Part shown: in pieces, positions 27,444 through 36,629 of the stretch
Layout: each line of letters begins with the position of its first letter
Position numbering within the stretch: position 1 is the stretch's first letter
From: Candidatus Nanopelagicales bacterium
GTDB taxonomy: Bacteria; Actinomycetota; Actinomycetes; S36-B12
Direction of reading: 5' to 3'
DNA length: 43,503 nt
Assembly (NCBI GenBank): GCA_044345075.1
Contig: JBIJBU010000003.1
Span: 1-43,503 of the forward strand
Position numbers and translations under genes: made by a program
The notes under the pieces: model-generated
What the model was told of the DNA's origin: nothing
Database searches by the model: none
The model's input: the letters and a program-made list of their open reading frames with translations, nothing else

Positions 27444-28137
27444 CTGTGTCGTTCCCTCCCTTCGGGTGCCGGTCTGTCTCGAGTGGTTCTGCTTCGTGCT
27501 GGTCGGACTGGGCGGAGTGCGAGGTTTGGCCAGGCAGGGGTATGACGGGTGATTCCGGATCGGGGTTCCGCATATAGGAAAGTCGTTTAGCCAACTTTGC
27601 GCGCCCGCGCGAGCAGCGGCTCTTCACCGTGCCGGCGGGGCAGCCGAGCATCAGTGCGGCCTGGTCGACCGACCAGCCCTCGATATCGACAAGTGCCACG
27701 GCTTCGCGCTGATCTTCGGGTAGTTCAGCCAAGGCGGCGGCGATATCGAGTTGAAGTTCGCGTCTGCCGATGCGGTCCTCGGGGTCGGGCAGGGGAATTC
27801 CGGTCTCTTCCTCGACCGGCAGGGGCACGGTTGGACGCGTGCTGCGCTTGCGCAGGCGATCCAAGCTGGCGTTGACCACGATCCGGTGCAGCCAGGTGGT
27901 CACCTGGGAGTCGCCGCGAAACTGCGAAGCCCGGCGGTACGCCGAGATCAGCGCGTCCTGCAGTGCGTCTGCAGCATCCTCAGGATCACCAGTGGTCTTC
28001 AGCGCTACCGCCCACAAGCGGTCACGGTGCCTGCGAACGATTTCGGTGAAGGCATCAGGGTGTCCGGCGACGTGAGCGGCCAGCAGTTCGCTGTCGCTGG
28101 CGGAGTCGAGGATGAGCACCTCGGGGTCGCTGGACAC
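27436..28137 (-). CDS. sigM: ECF RNA polymerase sigma factor SigM
   Basis: DAADALQDAL, FRGDSQVTTWLHRIVVNASLDRLR, GTVKSRCSRGRAKL; conserved position upstream of trxB. Start is GTG 28137 (leaderless) or 28143. Confidence 0.9.
   Translation of the reverse strand: MSSDPEVLILDSASDSELLAAHVAGHPDAFTEIVRRHRDRLWAVALKTTGDPEDAADALQDALISAYRRASQFRGDSQVTTWLHRIVVNASLDRLRKRSTRPTVPLPVEEETGIPLPDPEDRIGRRELQLDIAAALAELPEDQREAVALVDIEGWSVDQAALMLGCPAGTVKSRCSRGRAKLAKRLSYMRNPDPESPVIPLPGQTSHSAQSDQHEAEPLETDRHPKGGNDTDG
27543..27569 (-). promoter_or_regulatory. SigM-type promoter inside the 3' end of sigM, pointing at the anti-sigma gene
   Basis: GGAAC-N17-CGTCA on the minus strand, about 100 nt upstream of the anti-sigma start. 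Confidence 0.6.
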
Positions 28138-28155
28138 GGTCACAATCTAGAGGTC

Positions 28156-29619
28156 TTAGGAACGGAAGGTGACTTCCTTGAGGCCGCCTTGATAACCGGA
28201 TCCGGCTGCAGGCAGATTCGTGAACCACACCAGCACGTATCGCCCGGTCACCGGCCTGGGGGACCGAATCTCGATTTGCTCACCCGCCCCGTCGACGCTG
28301 GCCACGGCCGACCACAGCGCAGGGTCGGGCTGGATGTCATTGGAGACACGGATCTGCGCACTCGTGCCCATGCCGTCGAAGCTCAACGTCGCAGATTGAA
28401 TCGGTCGCGGTTCGGCCAGGTCGAAGACAATGCCGACTCCGCCCTTGCCATCAAGATCGGCAGTTCGGTACTTAGCGGTCTGCCAGCCAGTCTCCGGATT
28501 TGCGTCAATGGCATTGACGGCATCGTCATCGTTCTCCTTGCCACGCCGCTTATCGGGACGACCATTGGAGTTGTCATCTCCAAACGGGTCGTAGCTGCGC
28601 ACGCTGGCAATCGGCCAGATCTGACCGGTTGCCGCTGAGATTGTGGTCGGCGCGATCGACTCGGTGAGAATTCCCGAATCGATCGTGAGGGAATCCTGGG
28701 AGACCGTTGATCCGCCGACGGACAGCAGCCTGAGTCCGACGAAACCGAGCGCGATGACGATGACGATGGCTGCGAGCACCGCGACGATCGGCTGCCAGAT
28801 TCGACGCTGCCGCTGCACGGCAGTCGTGCCGGGGGCAATCGGAGTGACCTGACCGCGCGCATTGCCCAGAATGGAGGCGAAGCCGTCGATGTCGGTCACG
28901 TTCAGCACGCCGCGAGGGCGTTGCACCGATTGCACCGATCGCGCGATGACATCGTCAATTGATCTCGGGACGCTGGCGCGCACGCGCGAGGGTGGGAGCA
29001 CATGTGCACCTGCGCGAGGTGCCGGCTCGATGTTGTCGAGAGGCGGCCCCGGCCACGTGCCCGTCACGAGCAGATACAGAAGCGAACCGGCGCCGTCGAC
29101 GTCAGCAGCCTGCTTGCTCACGCTGGGATCCAGGACTCCCCATAGCGCTGCATCGGTCGCAAGCCCGCGTACGCGAACCTCACCTGCATCAGTGACGAAG
29201 ACTGAGGTGGGCCGCAGTCGTCCATGGCTGACGTGCGTGGCCAGACCTGCGGAGACGCCAAGCGCGACCTCGGTGATGAGTTCAACTGCTTCATCAGCCT
29301 TCACCGGACCATTCGCAATGAGGTCGACTAGCGAGCGACCGGTGGCCCACTCGCTGATGACCGCGACATAGGCGCGTTCGTCGTGACTGGTCTGGAAGAT
29401 GTCGAGAACGCGAACGAGTCGACGATCCTCGACGCGCGCAGCTGCTTGGGCCGCTCCGAGAAACGCGGCAGCTCGCGGATCAGTGGCGTCGAGCAATCGC
29501 AGTGAGACAAGCCGATCCAGAACAGAGTCGTGCGCTCGCCACGTCGCGACCGCGCGATCGTCCACACCAGGTTCGAGTTGCTCGAGCAACTCGTAGCGAC
29601 CGATGAACAGACCCTTCAT
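28156..29619 (-). CDS. Membrane-anchored Ser/Thr pseudokinase with extracellular beta-sandwich domain (equivalent to the C-terminal half of mycobacterial MviN)
   Basis: GRYELLEQL, WRAHDSVLDRLVSLRLL, HGRLRP (no catalytic Asp), no DFG, one TM segment, C-terminal AIDANPETGWQT...RYVLVWFT; ATG 29619 overlaps the murJ stop. Confidence 0.82.
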   Translation of the reverse strand: MKGLFIGRYELLEQLEPGVDDRAVATWRAHDSVLDRLVSLRLLDATDPRAAAFLGAAQAAARVEDRRLVRVLDIFQTSHDERAYVAVISEWATGRSLVDLIANGPVKADEAVELITEVALGVSAGLATHVSHGRLRPTSVFVTDAGEVRVRGLATDAALWGVLDPSVSKQAADVDGAGSLLYLLVTGTWPGPPLDNIEPAPRAGAHVLPPSRVRASVPRSIDDVIARSVQSVQRPRGVLNVTDIDGFASILGNARGQVTPIAPGTTAVQRQRRIWQPIVAVLAAIVIVIALGFVGLRLLSVGGSTVSQDSLTIDSGILTESIAPTTISAATGQIWPIASVRSYDPFGDDNSNGRPDKRRGKENDDDAVNAIDANPETGWQTAKYRTADLDGKGGVGIVFDLAEPRPIQSATLSFDGMGTSAQIRVSNDIQPDPALWSAVASVDGAGEQIEIRSPRPVTGRYVLVWFTNLPAAGSGYQGGLKEVTFRS

Positions 29620-31271
29620 CGACGGATCTTCCTGTGTACAAGAGAAAGCGCCTGACCCACTTCGGGCACACGGAGAATCCATGCGCACAGGAGGTAGACC
29701 GCGAGCCCGAGTAGGGAGATCAACACGACCTCTTGGAGAACACCGAGCTTTGATTGCTCGTAGATCTTCGTACCCCGCTCGAAGACGAACGCAAAGGCCG
29801 CGAACATGGCTCCAAGCGATACGAGTCCGGCGCCAATGAGCTTGATCAAGGTGATGACAGTGCGCTTGGTGTCGAGCCCACCGAGGCGGCGGCCAAGAAT
29901 GATCCAGGAAACGATGAAGGCAATCCAGTAGGCGATGCCGTAGGACAGTGCGAGTGAGCCGACCTGAAAACCGCCGGCGCGAGAGGCGTTGAAGAGCGGC
30001 ACGGCAATCGCGAGAAGCACCACGTTGAATCCCACCGTGATCCAAAACGGTGTCTTCGTATCTTCAAGCGCGTAGTAGCCGCGAAGCATGACGTAGAACA
30101 AGGTGAAGGGCAGCAGTCCGATCATGAACACCGAGACGATCGCACCCATGATGCCGGCCTGCTCTGGTGTTGCGGCGCCGTAGCCAAACAGCAGGATTGC
30201 CACGCCGGTGCCGACGCACATCAAGATCGCTGCAATCGGCACGATAAGTGCGGCGACGAGTCGCATGGTGGAACCGACATCGTCGCCGACCTTGCGGAGA
30301 TTTCCGCCGTGAGCTACCCGGCTCAGAGCCGGGAGCATCGCCGTCACGATTGACACCGTGATGACGCTGTGCGGAAGCATGAAGACAAGATGCGCCTTCT
30401 GATACGTGGTGAGGCCTGCGGCAACGAGACCCGCAGCGGCAGCATCGACATTCGCCTTCGCGGCCAAACGCGTAATCACGATGTAGGCCGCTTGGTTCAC
30501 GAACACCAGGCCGATCGTCCAGAGTGCGAGCGTGCCCGTCTTGCCTAGCCCTGAACCCTTCCAGTCGAATCGCGGCTTCCATCGGTAACCGGAGCGAACG
30601 AGAACCGGGATCAGGATCAATGCCTGGACGATGACACCGAGGGTCGTGCCGATGCCGAGGATCAACACCTGTTGCGTAGTGAGTACCCCATCGGACGCCG
30701 CTGATGTGCCGGCGACGGCGATGAAGAGAAGGAAGGTACTGATGGCCACGATGTTGTTGGCGATCGGAGCGAACATGGGTGCACCAAAGCGGCCTCGAGC
30801 GTTCAGAACCTGACTGAGCATCGTGTAGATGCCGTAGAAGAGCACCTGCGGAAGACACAGTCGTGCGAATGCCACCGCGAGGTCGTACTCGTTCGCGGGG
30901 TAATTGTCAGGCGTGTACAGATCTACGATCAGTGGTGCGCAGAGCACGGCGAGAATCGAGAACACCAGCAGGATCGATCCCACGAGTGTGATCAGCCGAT
31001 CGGCATAGGCGCGACCATCGTCGGCGTCCTCTTTCATCCTTCGCACTAACTGCGGAACGAACACCGCATTGAGTGCGCCGCCGATCACCAGGATGTAGAT
31101 GACCGTCGGTAGTGAGTTGCCGAGAGAGAACGCGTCAGAGACCAAGAAGAAGCCGAGGGCGGCGGTCGCTGCGATATCGCGGAAGACACCGGTGACACGG
31201 GAGACAACAGTGCCGGCCGCCATCACTGCACTGGGCTTCATCAGCGAACGCGCTGATGCCGTATTGCTCAC
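29616..31271 (-). CDS. murJ: Lipid II flippase MurJ (MviN)
   Basis: MAAGTVVSRVTGVFRD, GGALNAVFVPQLV, LPQVLFYG, FMLPHSVITVS, RGYYALEDTKTP; many TM segments. Confidence 0.95.
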   Translation of the reverse strand: MSNTASARSLMKPSAVMAAGTVVSRVTGVFRDIAATAALGFFLVSDAFSLGNSLPTVIYILVIGGALNAVFVPQLVRRMKEDADDGRAYADRLITLVGSILLVFSILAVLCAPLIVDLYTPDNYPANEYDLAVAFARLCLPQVLFYGIYTMLSQVLNARGRFGAPMFAPIANNIVAISTFLLFIAVAGTSAASDGVLTTQQVLILGIGTTLGVIVQALILIPVLVRSGYRWKPRFDWKGSGLGKTGTLALWTIGLVFVNQAAYIVITRLAAKANVDAAAAGLVAAGLTTYQKAHLVFMLPHSVITVSIVTAMLPALSRVAHGGNLRKVGDDVGSTMRLVAALIVPIAAILMCVGTGVAILLFGYGAATPEQAGIMGAIVSVFMIGLLPFTLFYVMLRGYYALEDTKTPFWITVGFNVVLLAIAVPLFNASRAGGFQVGSLALSYGIAYWIAFIVSWIILGRRLGGLDTKRTVITLIKLIGAGLVSLGAMFAAFAFVFERGTKIYEQSKLGVLQEVVLISLLGLAVYLLCAWILRVPEVGQALSLVHRKIRR

Positions 31272-31801
31272 GTGGCCATGCTTCCCGATTCCGGGGACTT
31301 TCGGGTGGCATGAGCCTTGCGAATACGCCGTGTCACTCCGACCACGACGAACACGGCGAGCGCGATGAAGGCGACGAGAACTACCCAGCCGGCGACACGG
31401 GCATACGCAGCGGAAGCCAAGGTGACCGTGGCCGGTAGGGCCAGGCGCTTTCCGGTTTCAGAAGTAACGCGGACTCCCGCATTAAGGGGGCCGTCGCCGA
31501 TGATCCGTGCCTCGATCTCCACGCTGGTGCGCATGCCGGGATCGACGATGATTCCTTGGAGCGGATCGGAGTCCAGTCGCGACGATGGATACCCGACCAA
31601 TTCGATGGTCACGGTCACCGGCGAACTACTCGTGTTCTCGACAGTGATCGGAACTCCGCCGGAGTCACCCGAGAACGTGATGCGACCGCTCGAGAGCACG
31701 GTGACCGGGTAGTCGGCGCGGGCGGTGCTGGCTGCCTGAGCCGGTGCGACGACGACAACCATGAGGGCCACTGCTGCCAGCAGTGCGCGAAGCAGGCGCA
31801 T
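31268..31801 (-). CDS. Exported, membrane-anchored protein resembling the C-terminal module of DUF6049 (Rv3909-like)
   Basis: Signal peptide (APAQA), beta-rich segment ITFSGDSGGVPITVENTSSSPVTV, C-terminal TM plus basic tail; sits in the NUDIX-murJ slot. Confidence 0.65.
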   Translation of the reverse strand: MRLLRALLAAVALMVVVVAPAQAASTARADYPVTVLSSGRITFSGDSGGVPITVENTSSSPVTVTIELVGYPSSRLDSDPLQGIIVDPGMRTSVEIEARIIGDGPLNAGVRVTSETGKRLALPATVTLASAAYARVAGWVVLVAFIALAVFVVVGVTRRIRKAHATRKSPESGSMAT

Positions 31802-32238
31802 CAGTACTCGAGCAGCAGATCGGGAACGAGTGCGAGCAGCTTGCGCTCGTCGGCGTAGCGCAGCCGCGAGCTGACCTCGTTCAAGGGAACCCAGGCAACT
31901 TCGACGACCTCGACGTCGGCATCGGAGAGCTCGCCGCCTTCGGCCTCCATGAGGAAGTGATGGACGGTTTTGTGGATCTTGTGGTTGTCGGCCATGAACC
32001 AGAAGTCGATGGTGCCGAGCGGGGCCAGGACTTTCCCGCTGATGCCGGTCTCCTCGTGAACCTCGCGGACGGCGGCATCCTCTGCCGTTTCGCCCACTTC
32101 GAGGTGGCCCTTGGGCAAGGACCAGATCAGGCGCCCGCGGCGATCACGGCGGGCGATCAGCGCTGCCATGGGGCTACCGGAGCGATCGAGGATCAGGCCC
32201 CCGGCGGAGGTCTCCTCTACCGTCCGGGTGCTGGCCAT
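31801..32238 (-). CDS. NUDIX hydrolase (MutT4/Rv3908-like)
   Basis: ETSAGGL, WSLPKGHLEVGETAEDAAVREVHEETG (Nudix box), HKTVHHFL; ATG 32238. Confidence 0.93.
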   Translation of the reverse strand: MASTRTVEETSAGGLILDRSGSPMAALIARRDRRGRLIWSLPKGHLEVGETAEDAAVREVHEETGISGKVLAPLGTIDFWFMADNHKIHKTVHHFLMEAEGGELSDADVEVVEVAWVPLNEVSSRLRYADERKLLALVPDLLLEY

Positions 32239-32347
32239 GATTCGAGGATAACTGCCCAGGGCCGCCTCGCCCCGTGGCTCCGGGCGCGCCTCGAGGCATT
32301 CGCTACGCATTCGCCCGCATGGCCAGGTGCTGGCTACGCTGCACGGC

Positions 32348-33808
32348 GTGTCATCGATGAAGGCTGCCGAGACGGCGCTGGCCCCCCTGATGGGTCTGCT
32401 CACCCGTCTGGGCGAGCGATTCGACGAGGCCGGCTACGAGATCGCCCTGGTCGGCGGCCCCGTGCGTGATGCCCTCCTGGGCCGCAGTCTGATCAAGGGC
32501 ACCCTGCCCGGAGAACATGAGCAGATCGACCTCGATTTCACGACGAGTGCCCGCCCCGAGCAGATCCTGGAGCTCCTGGAGGGCTGGGCCGACACCACCT
32601 GGGATGTCGGCATTCGCTTCGGCACGGTGGGGGCGCGAGTTCTAGGTCGCGAGTGCGAGATCACCACCTACCGCTCCGAGACCTATGACCCGGAGTCACG
32701 CAAGCCCGAGATCGAGTTCGGCGACTCATTGGCCGGCGATCTCGGTCGACGCGATTTCACGGTCAATGCGATGGCGCTTCGACTTCCGTCCATGGAATTC
32801 GTCGATCTCTTCGGCGGACTCGGCGACCTCGACGCGCAGGTGCTGCGCACACCGGGCTCGCCCGAGATGTCGTTCAGTGATGATCCGCTGCGCATGATGC
32901 GGGCGGCGCGCTTTGCCTCGCAGCTGAGCTTCGAAGTCGCACCCGAGGTTCTGGTCGCGATGACGCAGATGTGCGATCGCATCGCGATCGTGAGTGCTGA
33001 GCGCACTCGCGAGGAGTTCATGAAGATCGTGATGTCACCTGATCCGCGCACCGGTCTCACGCTGCTGGTCGATACCGGGCTCGCTGCGCATGTGTTGCCC
33101 GAGCTGCCCTTGCTTCGACTGGAAGAGGACGAGCATCACCGTCACAAGGATGTCTACGAGCACACGCTGATCGTGCTCGAGCAGGCGATTGATCTGGAGA
33201 CTTCTCATGAGCCAAAGTCCGGGCCTGATCCGGTTCTGCGCCTTGCTGCATTGCTGCACGACATCGGTAAGCCGCGCACGCGCAAGTTCGAAGATGATGG
33301 TCGCGTCTCTTTTCACCACCACGAAGTAGTCGGCGGACGCATGACAAAGAAGCGAATGAAGGACATGCGCTTCTCCAACGACATGATTGACGATGTCTCG
33401 ACCCTCGTCGAACTTCATCTGCGCTTCCACGGGTACGGCACGGGCGAGTGGACCGACAGCGCAGTGAGACGTTATGTGCGCGATGCGGGGCCGCAGCTCA
33501 CTCGACTACATAAGCTCACTCGTGCTGACTCGACTACGCGCAATAAGCGTCGCGCCGATGCCCTGCAGCGTGCTTACGACTCGCTCGAGGTTCGAATTGC
33601 GGCACTCGCGGCGGATGAGGAGCTCGCCGCGATTCGTCCTGATCTCGATGGCGCAGCGATCATGCGCATTCTCGACATCCCGCCGGGTCGCGTGGTCGGC
33701 GAGGCATACGACTTCTTGCTGAATCTTCGGCTTGATCGTGGGCCGATGAGCGAGGAAACGGCGACAGAGGCACTTCTTGCATGGTGGGCGGCAAGGCCGG
33801 CGCAGTAA
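32348..33808 (+). CDS. CCA tRNA nucleotidyltransferase (PcnA-type, with HD domain)
   Basis: LVGGPVRD, DLDFTT, RRDFTVNAMA, DDPLRMMRAARF, LLHDIGK; consistent with the CCA-less tRNA genes in this window. Confidence 0.95.
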   Translation: MSSMKAAETALAPLMGLLTRLGERFDEAGYEIALVGGPVRDALLGRSLIKGTLPGEHEQIDLDFTTSARPEQILELLEGWADTTWDVGIRFGTVGARVLGRECEITTYRSETYDPESRKPEIEFGDSLAGDLGRRDFTVNAMALRLPSMEFVDLFGGLGDLDAQVLRTPGSPEMSFSDDPLRMMRAARFASQLSFEVAPEVLVAMTQMCDRIAIVSAERTREEFMKIVMSPDPRTGLTLLVDTGLAAHVLPELPLLRLEEDEHHRHKDVYEHTLIVLEQAIDLETSHEPKSGPDPVLRLAALLHDIGKPRTRKFEDDGRVSFHHHEVVGGRMTKKRMKDMRFSNDMIDDVSTLVELHLRFHGYGTGEWTDSAVRRYVRDAGPQLTRLHKLTRADSTTRNKRRADALQRAYDSLEVRIAALAADEELAAIRPDLDGAAIMRILDIPPGRVVGEAYDFLLNLRLDRGPMSEETATEALLAWWAARPAQ

Positions 33809-33817
33809 GTTCGAACC

Positions 33818-35251
33818 ATGGAATCGCTCGCACTGCCCACTGATGTTCGTCGCGCCACTCTTGCTGAACGGCAGGCCGTCGGAATTGCTGCGCGCAGTGT
33901 GAGGCCGCGTACCTCGTTAACCACCTGGACTACTCCTGAGGGCAGGCGCGACCCGATTGATCAGCTCGCTGATCAGGAGGGCACTCGTATCCAGGCATTG
34001 CTCCCCTTGCGTCACGAACGCATGTCTGTCAGCCCGTTTACCTTCTATCGCGGCTCGGCCGCCGTCATGGCCTCTGATCTCGGATCTATGCCGAACACCG
34101 GCCTGGTCGTGCAGTTGTGCGGTGATGCTCATCTGTCGAACTTCGGTCTCTTCGCCGGACAGGATCGTTCCGTTGTCTTCGACGTCAACGATTTCGACGA
34201 GACGAATCCGGGTCCGTTCGAATGGGATGTCATGCGCTTGGCGGCAAGTTTCATGCTTGCCGCGCAGGACAACTCCTTTACTGATCGTGAAGCCGATGAC
34301 ATCGCTCGACTTGCGGCATCGTCGTATCGCACGGCGATGGCGGAGTACGCGGGCATGTCGGACCTAGAGATCTGGTACGACCGCATCAGCACCGAAAGCC
34401 TTGAGCAGTGGGCCAATCAAGTCGGCGGCGAGAGAGGAACGAAGCAACTCAATAAGGCAATCGGCAAGGCCCAGTTGCGCGACGGGTGGTCAGCGATTGC
34501 GAAGATGACGGAGGTTGTCGACGGAAACCGTCAGTTCCTTGATCAGCCACCTGTTCTCGTGCGCATCACCGATGGGGATGACCTGCACCCCTGGCTCGAC
34601 ATGCTGGTGGACAGATATCGCCTAGCGCTGCAGAACGATCGTCGTGAACTTATCCGCCGTTATCGAGTGGTTGACTTCGGCCACAAGGTAGTGGGCGTCG
34701 GCAGTGTCGGTCTGCGCGCATTCGTACTCCTGCTGCAAGGCCGTGACGAGAATGACCTGCTGGTGCTTCAAGCGAAGGAGGCCGTGCAGAGCGTGCTTGA
34801 GCCCTACACGCAGTCATGTGTGTACGAACACCAAGGCGAGCGCGTCGTTGAGGGTCAGCGGCTCATGCAGGCGGCTTCTGATGCATTCTTGGGCTGGGTG
34901 CAGGCACCGAATGGCCGACAGTTCTATGTGCGCCAGTTGCGCGACATGAAGTGGTCGCCTGACATCGCGAAACTTCCGGTGGCACAGCTGTCGGCCTATG
35001 CATCTCTCTGTGGTCGCACGCTCGCTCATGGGCATGCACGGTCAGGCGACCCGGTCGCTATCGCGGCCTATCTCGGTCAAGGCACCAAGTTCGACGATGC
35101 GATCAGCACTTTCTCCCGCGCTTACGCAGAACAGGTCGACAGTGACTTCGCTGAGTACACGTCAGCGATTGCCGACGGCCGTGTGGTGAGCGGTGAGGCG
35201 ATCATCAGCGGTGACCACATCATCGAGAGTCGTCAGAACATCGACAACTAG
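33818..35251 (+). CDS. DUF2252-family protein (kinase-like fold)
   Basis: RMSVSPFTFYRGSA, CGDAHLSNFG, FDVNDFDE, KVVGVGSVG, FYVRQLRDMK, HARSGD. Confidence 0.9.
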   Translation: MESLALPTDVRRATLAERQAVGIAARSVRPRTSLTTWTTPEGRRDPIDQLADQEGTRIQALLPLRHERMSVSPFTFYRGSAAVMASDLGSMPNTGLVVQLCGDAHLSNFGLFAGQDRSVVFDVNDFDETNPGPFEWDVMRLAASFMLAAQDNSFTDREADDIARLAASSYRTAMAEYAGMSDLEIWYDRISTESLEQWANQVGGERGTKQLNKAIGKAQLRDGWSAIAKMTEVVDGNRQFLDQPPVLVRITDGDDLHPWLDMLVDRYRLALQNDRRELIRRYRVVDFGHKVVGVGSVGLRAFVLLLQGRDENDLLVLQAKEAVQSVLEPYTQSCVYEHQGERVVEGQRLMQAASDAFLGWVQAPNGRQFYVRQLRDMKWSPDIAKLPVAQLSAYASLCGRTLAHGHARSGDPVAIAAYLGQGTKFDDAISTFSRAYAEQVDSDFAEYTSAIADGRVVSGEAIISGDHIIESRQNIDN

Positions 35252-36480
35252 TCGACGATCACCACGATCTCATCAACCTCGACTGACTCCTTGGTTGAGC
35301 CGATGAGCACCTGAATGCCCGCGAAGAGACCTGCGGTGAGCAGGACTGTCCAGATGACGTGCCAGGTAGAGAGCACATCGCCGGTGACCAGGATGATCAC
35401 GCCGATCGCCGCGGCGAGTGCGCGCCAGAGATCGGCACGAGCGGCAATTGCTCGTGCGAAACCGGTGCTCCCGAGGTCGGCGCCGAAGCCCTCGAGCCCG
35501 GCCTTGAGCCAGCCGCGAACCTTGGCCGCAGTCGAAATTCGCGAGCCGAGCCAGCCGGCGATGGCGATGATGATGCCCAGCACGATCATCGAACGGATAC
35601 CGAGAATCAGGTACTTGAAGAAGGTGTCCCAGAATGCCTGTGAAGCTGGCGCGAAGATCGTGCCCGAGAGCTGATCGTCGAAGATCGTCTGCGCATAGTC
35701 GAGCAGGAACTTCGTGACACCTGTCATTGCAACGAGCGCGACACCAATGGCGAGCACCATGCGGCCCTTATGACGGGCGAGCCAGACAGCAAGGGCGAAG
35801 AGTGCTGCGAGCAGAAGTGGGAACCAGGCGAGCATGGGCGACGAGAGTGAGTAGATCGTCCGCAACTGGGCGAGGGCTGGTGATTGGAAGAGCACGATCT
35901 GCTTGTCGATCTCGGGAACAGGGAGGTTTGCGGCGATGCTGACGCCGCTGTCGACGAGACTCTGCTGAACCGCCGAAATCAGTGGCGAGATGTCGAGAAC
36001 GACATCCTCGCCCTGCAGCGAGACCGGCCCGCCCTCCTTGCCTTCAAGGATGAGCAGTGCGCTCTTCTGCACGGCGGTATTCACCGTGATCCAGATCTTC
36101 TCGAATGCATCGGAGGCTACGAATGATGAGACGGCCTGGCCGATGAGGCCGTTGATGCCGGCGGCGATGGGGCCGCTGAGCTTGTCCTGGATGGCGGGGT
36201 TCTCAACGATGTTTCCGAGAAGGCCGCCGACGAGCTCTTCGGTGTTGATTTGCGAGGTGATGGCGTTCGTCACGGCTTCGGAGACGGACTCCTGAACCGC
36301 CGGGTCCGCGGCCAATGGGCCGACGGTCTCCAGGTAGCGCGAGGTGTCGATCACGGTGCGATGGCCCCAGTGTCCGAGCAGGGCGACCGGAGTCAGGAGC
36401 AGCGCGATGATGAAGATGAGCAGAGCGGCGACTGAGCGCACGCCGATCTTCCGCTGCTTGGTGGCCACTGCTGTACCCAT
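35248..36480 (-). CDS. Integral membrane protein of unknown function
   Basis: 410 aa; N-terminal TM, DTSRYLETVGPLA extracellular segment and several C-terminal TM segments. Confidence 0.82.
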   Translation of the reverse strand: MGTAVATKQRKIGVRSVAALLIFIIALLLTPVALLGHWGHRTVIDTSRYLETVGPLAADPAVQESVSEAVTNAITSQINTEELVGGLLGNIVENPAIQDKLSGPIAAGINGLIGQAVSSFVASDAFEKIWITVNTAVQKSALLILEGKEGGPVSLQGEDVVLDISPLISAVQQSLVDSGVSIAANLPVPEIDKQIVLFQSPALAQLRTIYSLSSPMLAWFPLLLAALFALAVWLARHKGRMVLAIGVALVAMTGVTKFLLDYAQTIFDDQLSGTIFAPASQAFWDTFFKYLILGIRSMIVLGIIIAIAGWLGSRISTAAKVRGWLKAGLEGFGADLGSTGFARAIAARADLWRALAAAIGVIILVTGDVLSTWHVIWTVLLTAGLFAGIQVLIGSTKESVEVDEIVVIVD

Positions 36481-36582
36481 TGGATTCCCATCCGCCCGTA
36501 TCGATGTCTATCGGGGCGAGCCTAAGGCCCCACTCCCCTTGAATTCCACGACCCGAAGAACTTCACCCTGGCTTTGAGGACA

Positions 36583-36617
36583 GAAACGGCCTCCACCATG
36601 AGGGTGAAGGCCGTTTC
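36583..36617 (-). terminator. Intrinsic terminator downstream of ino1
   Basis: 15-bp stem GAAACGGCCTTCACC/GGTGGAGGCCGTTTC (one G.U on the minus strand), 12 nt after the ino1 stop. Confidence 0.75.
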
Positions 36618-36629
36618 CGAAGGGAAGAA

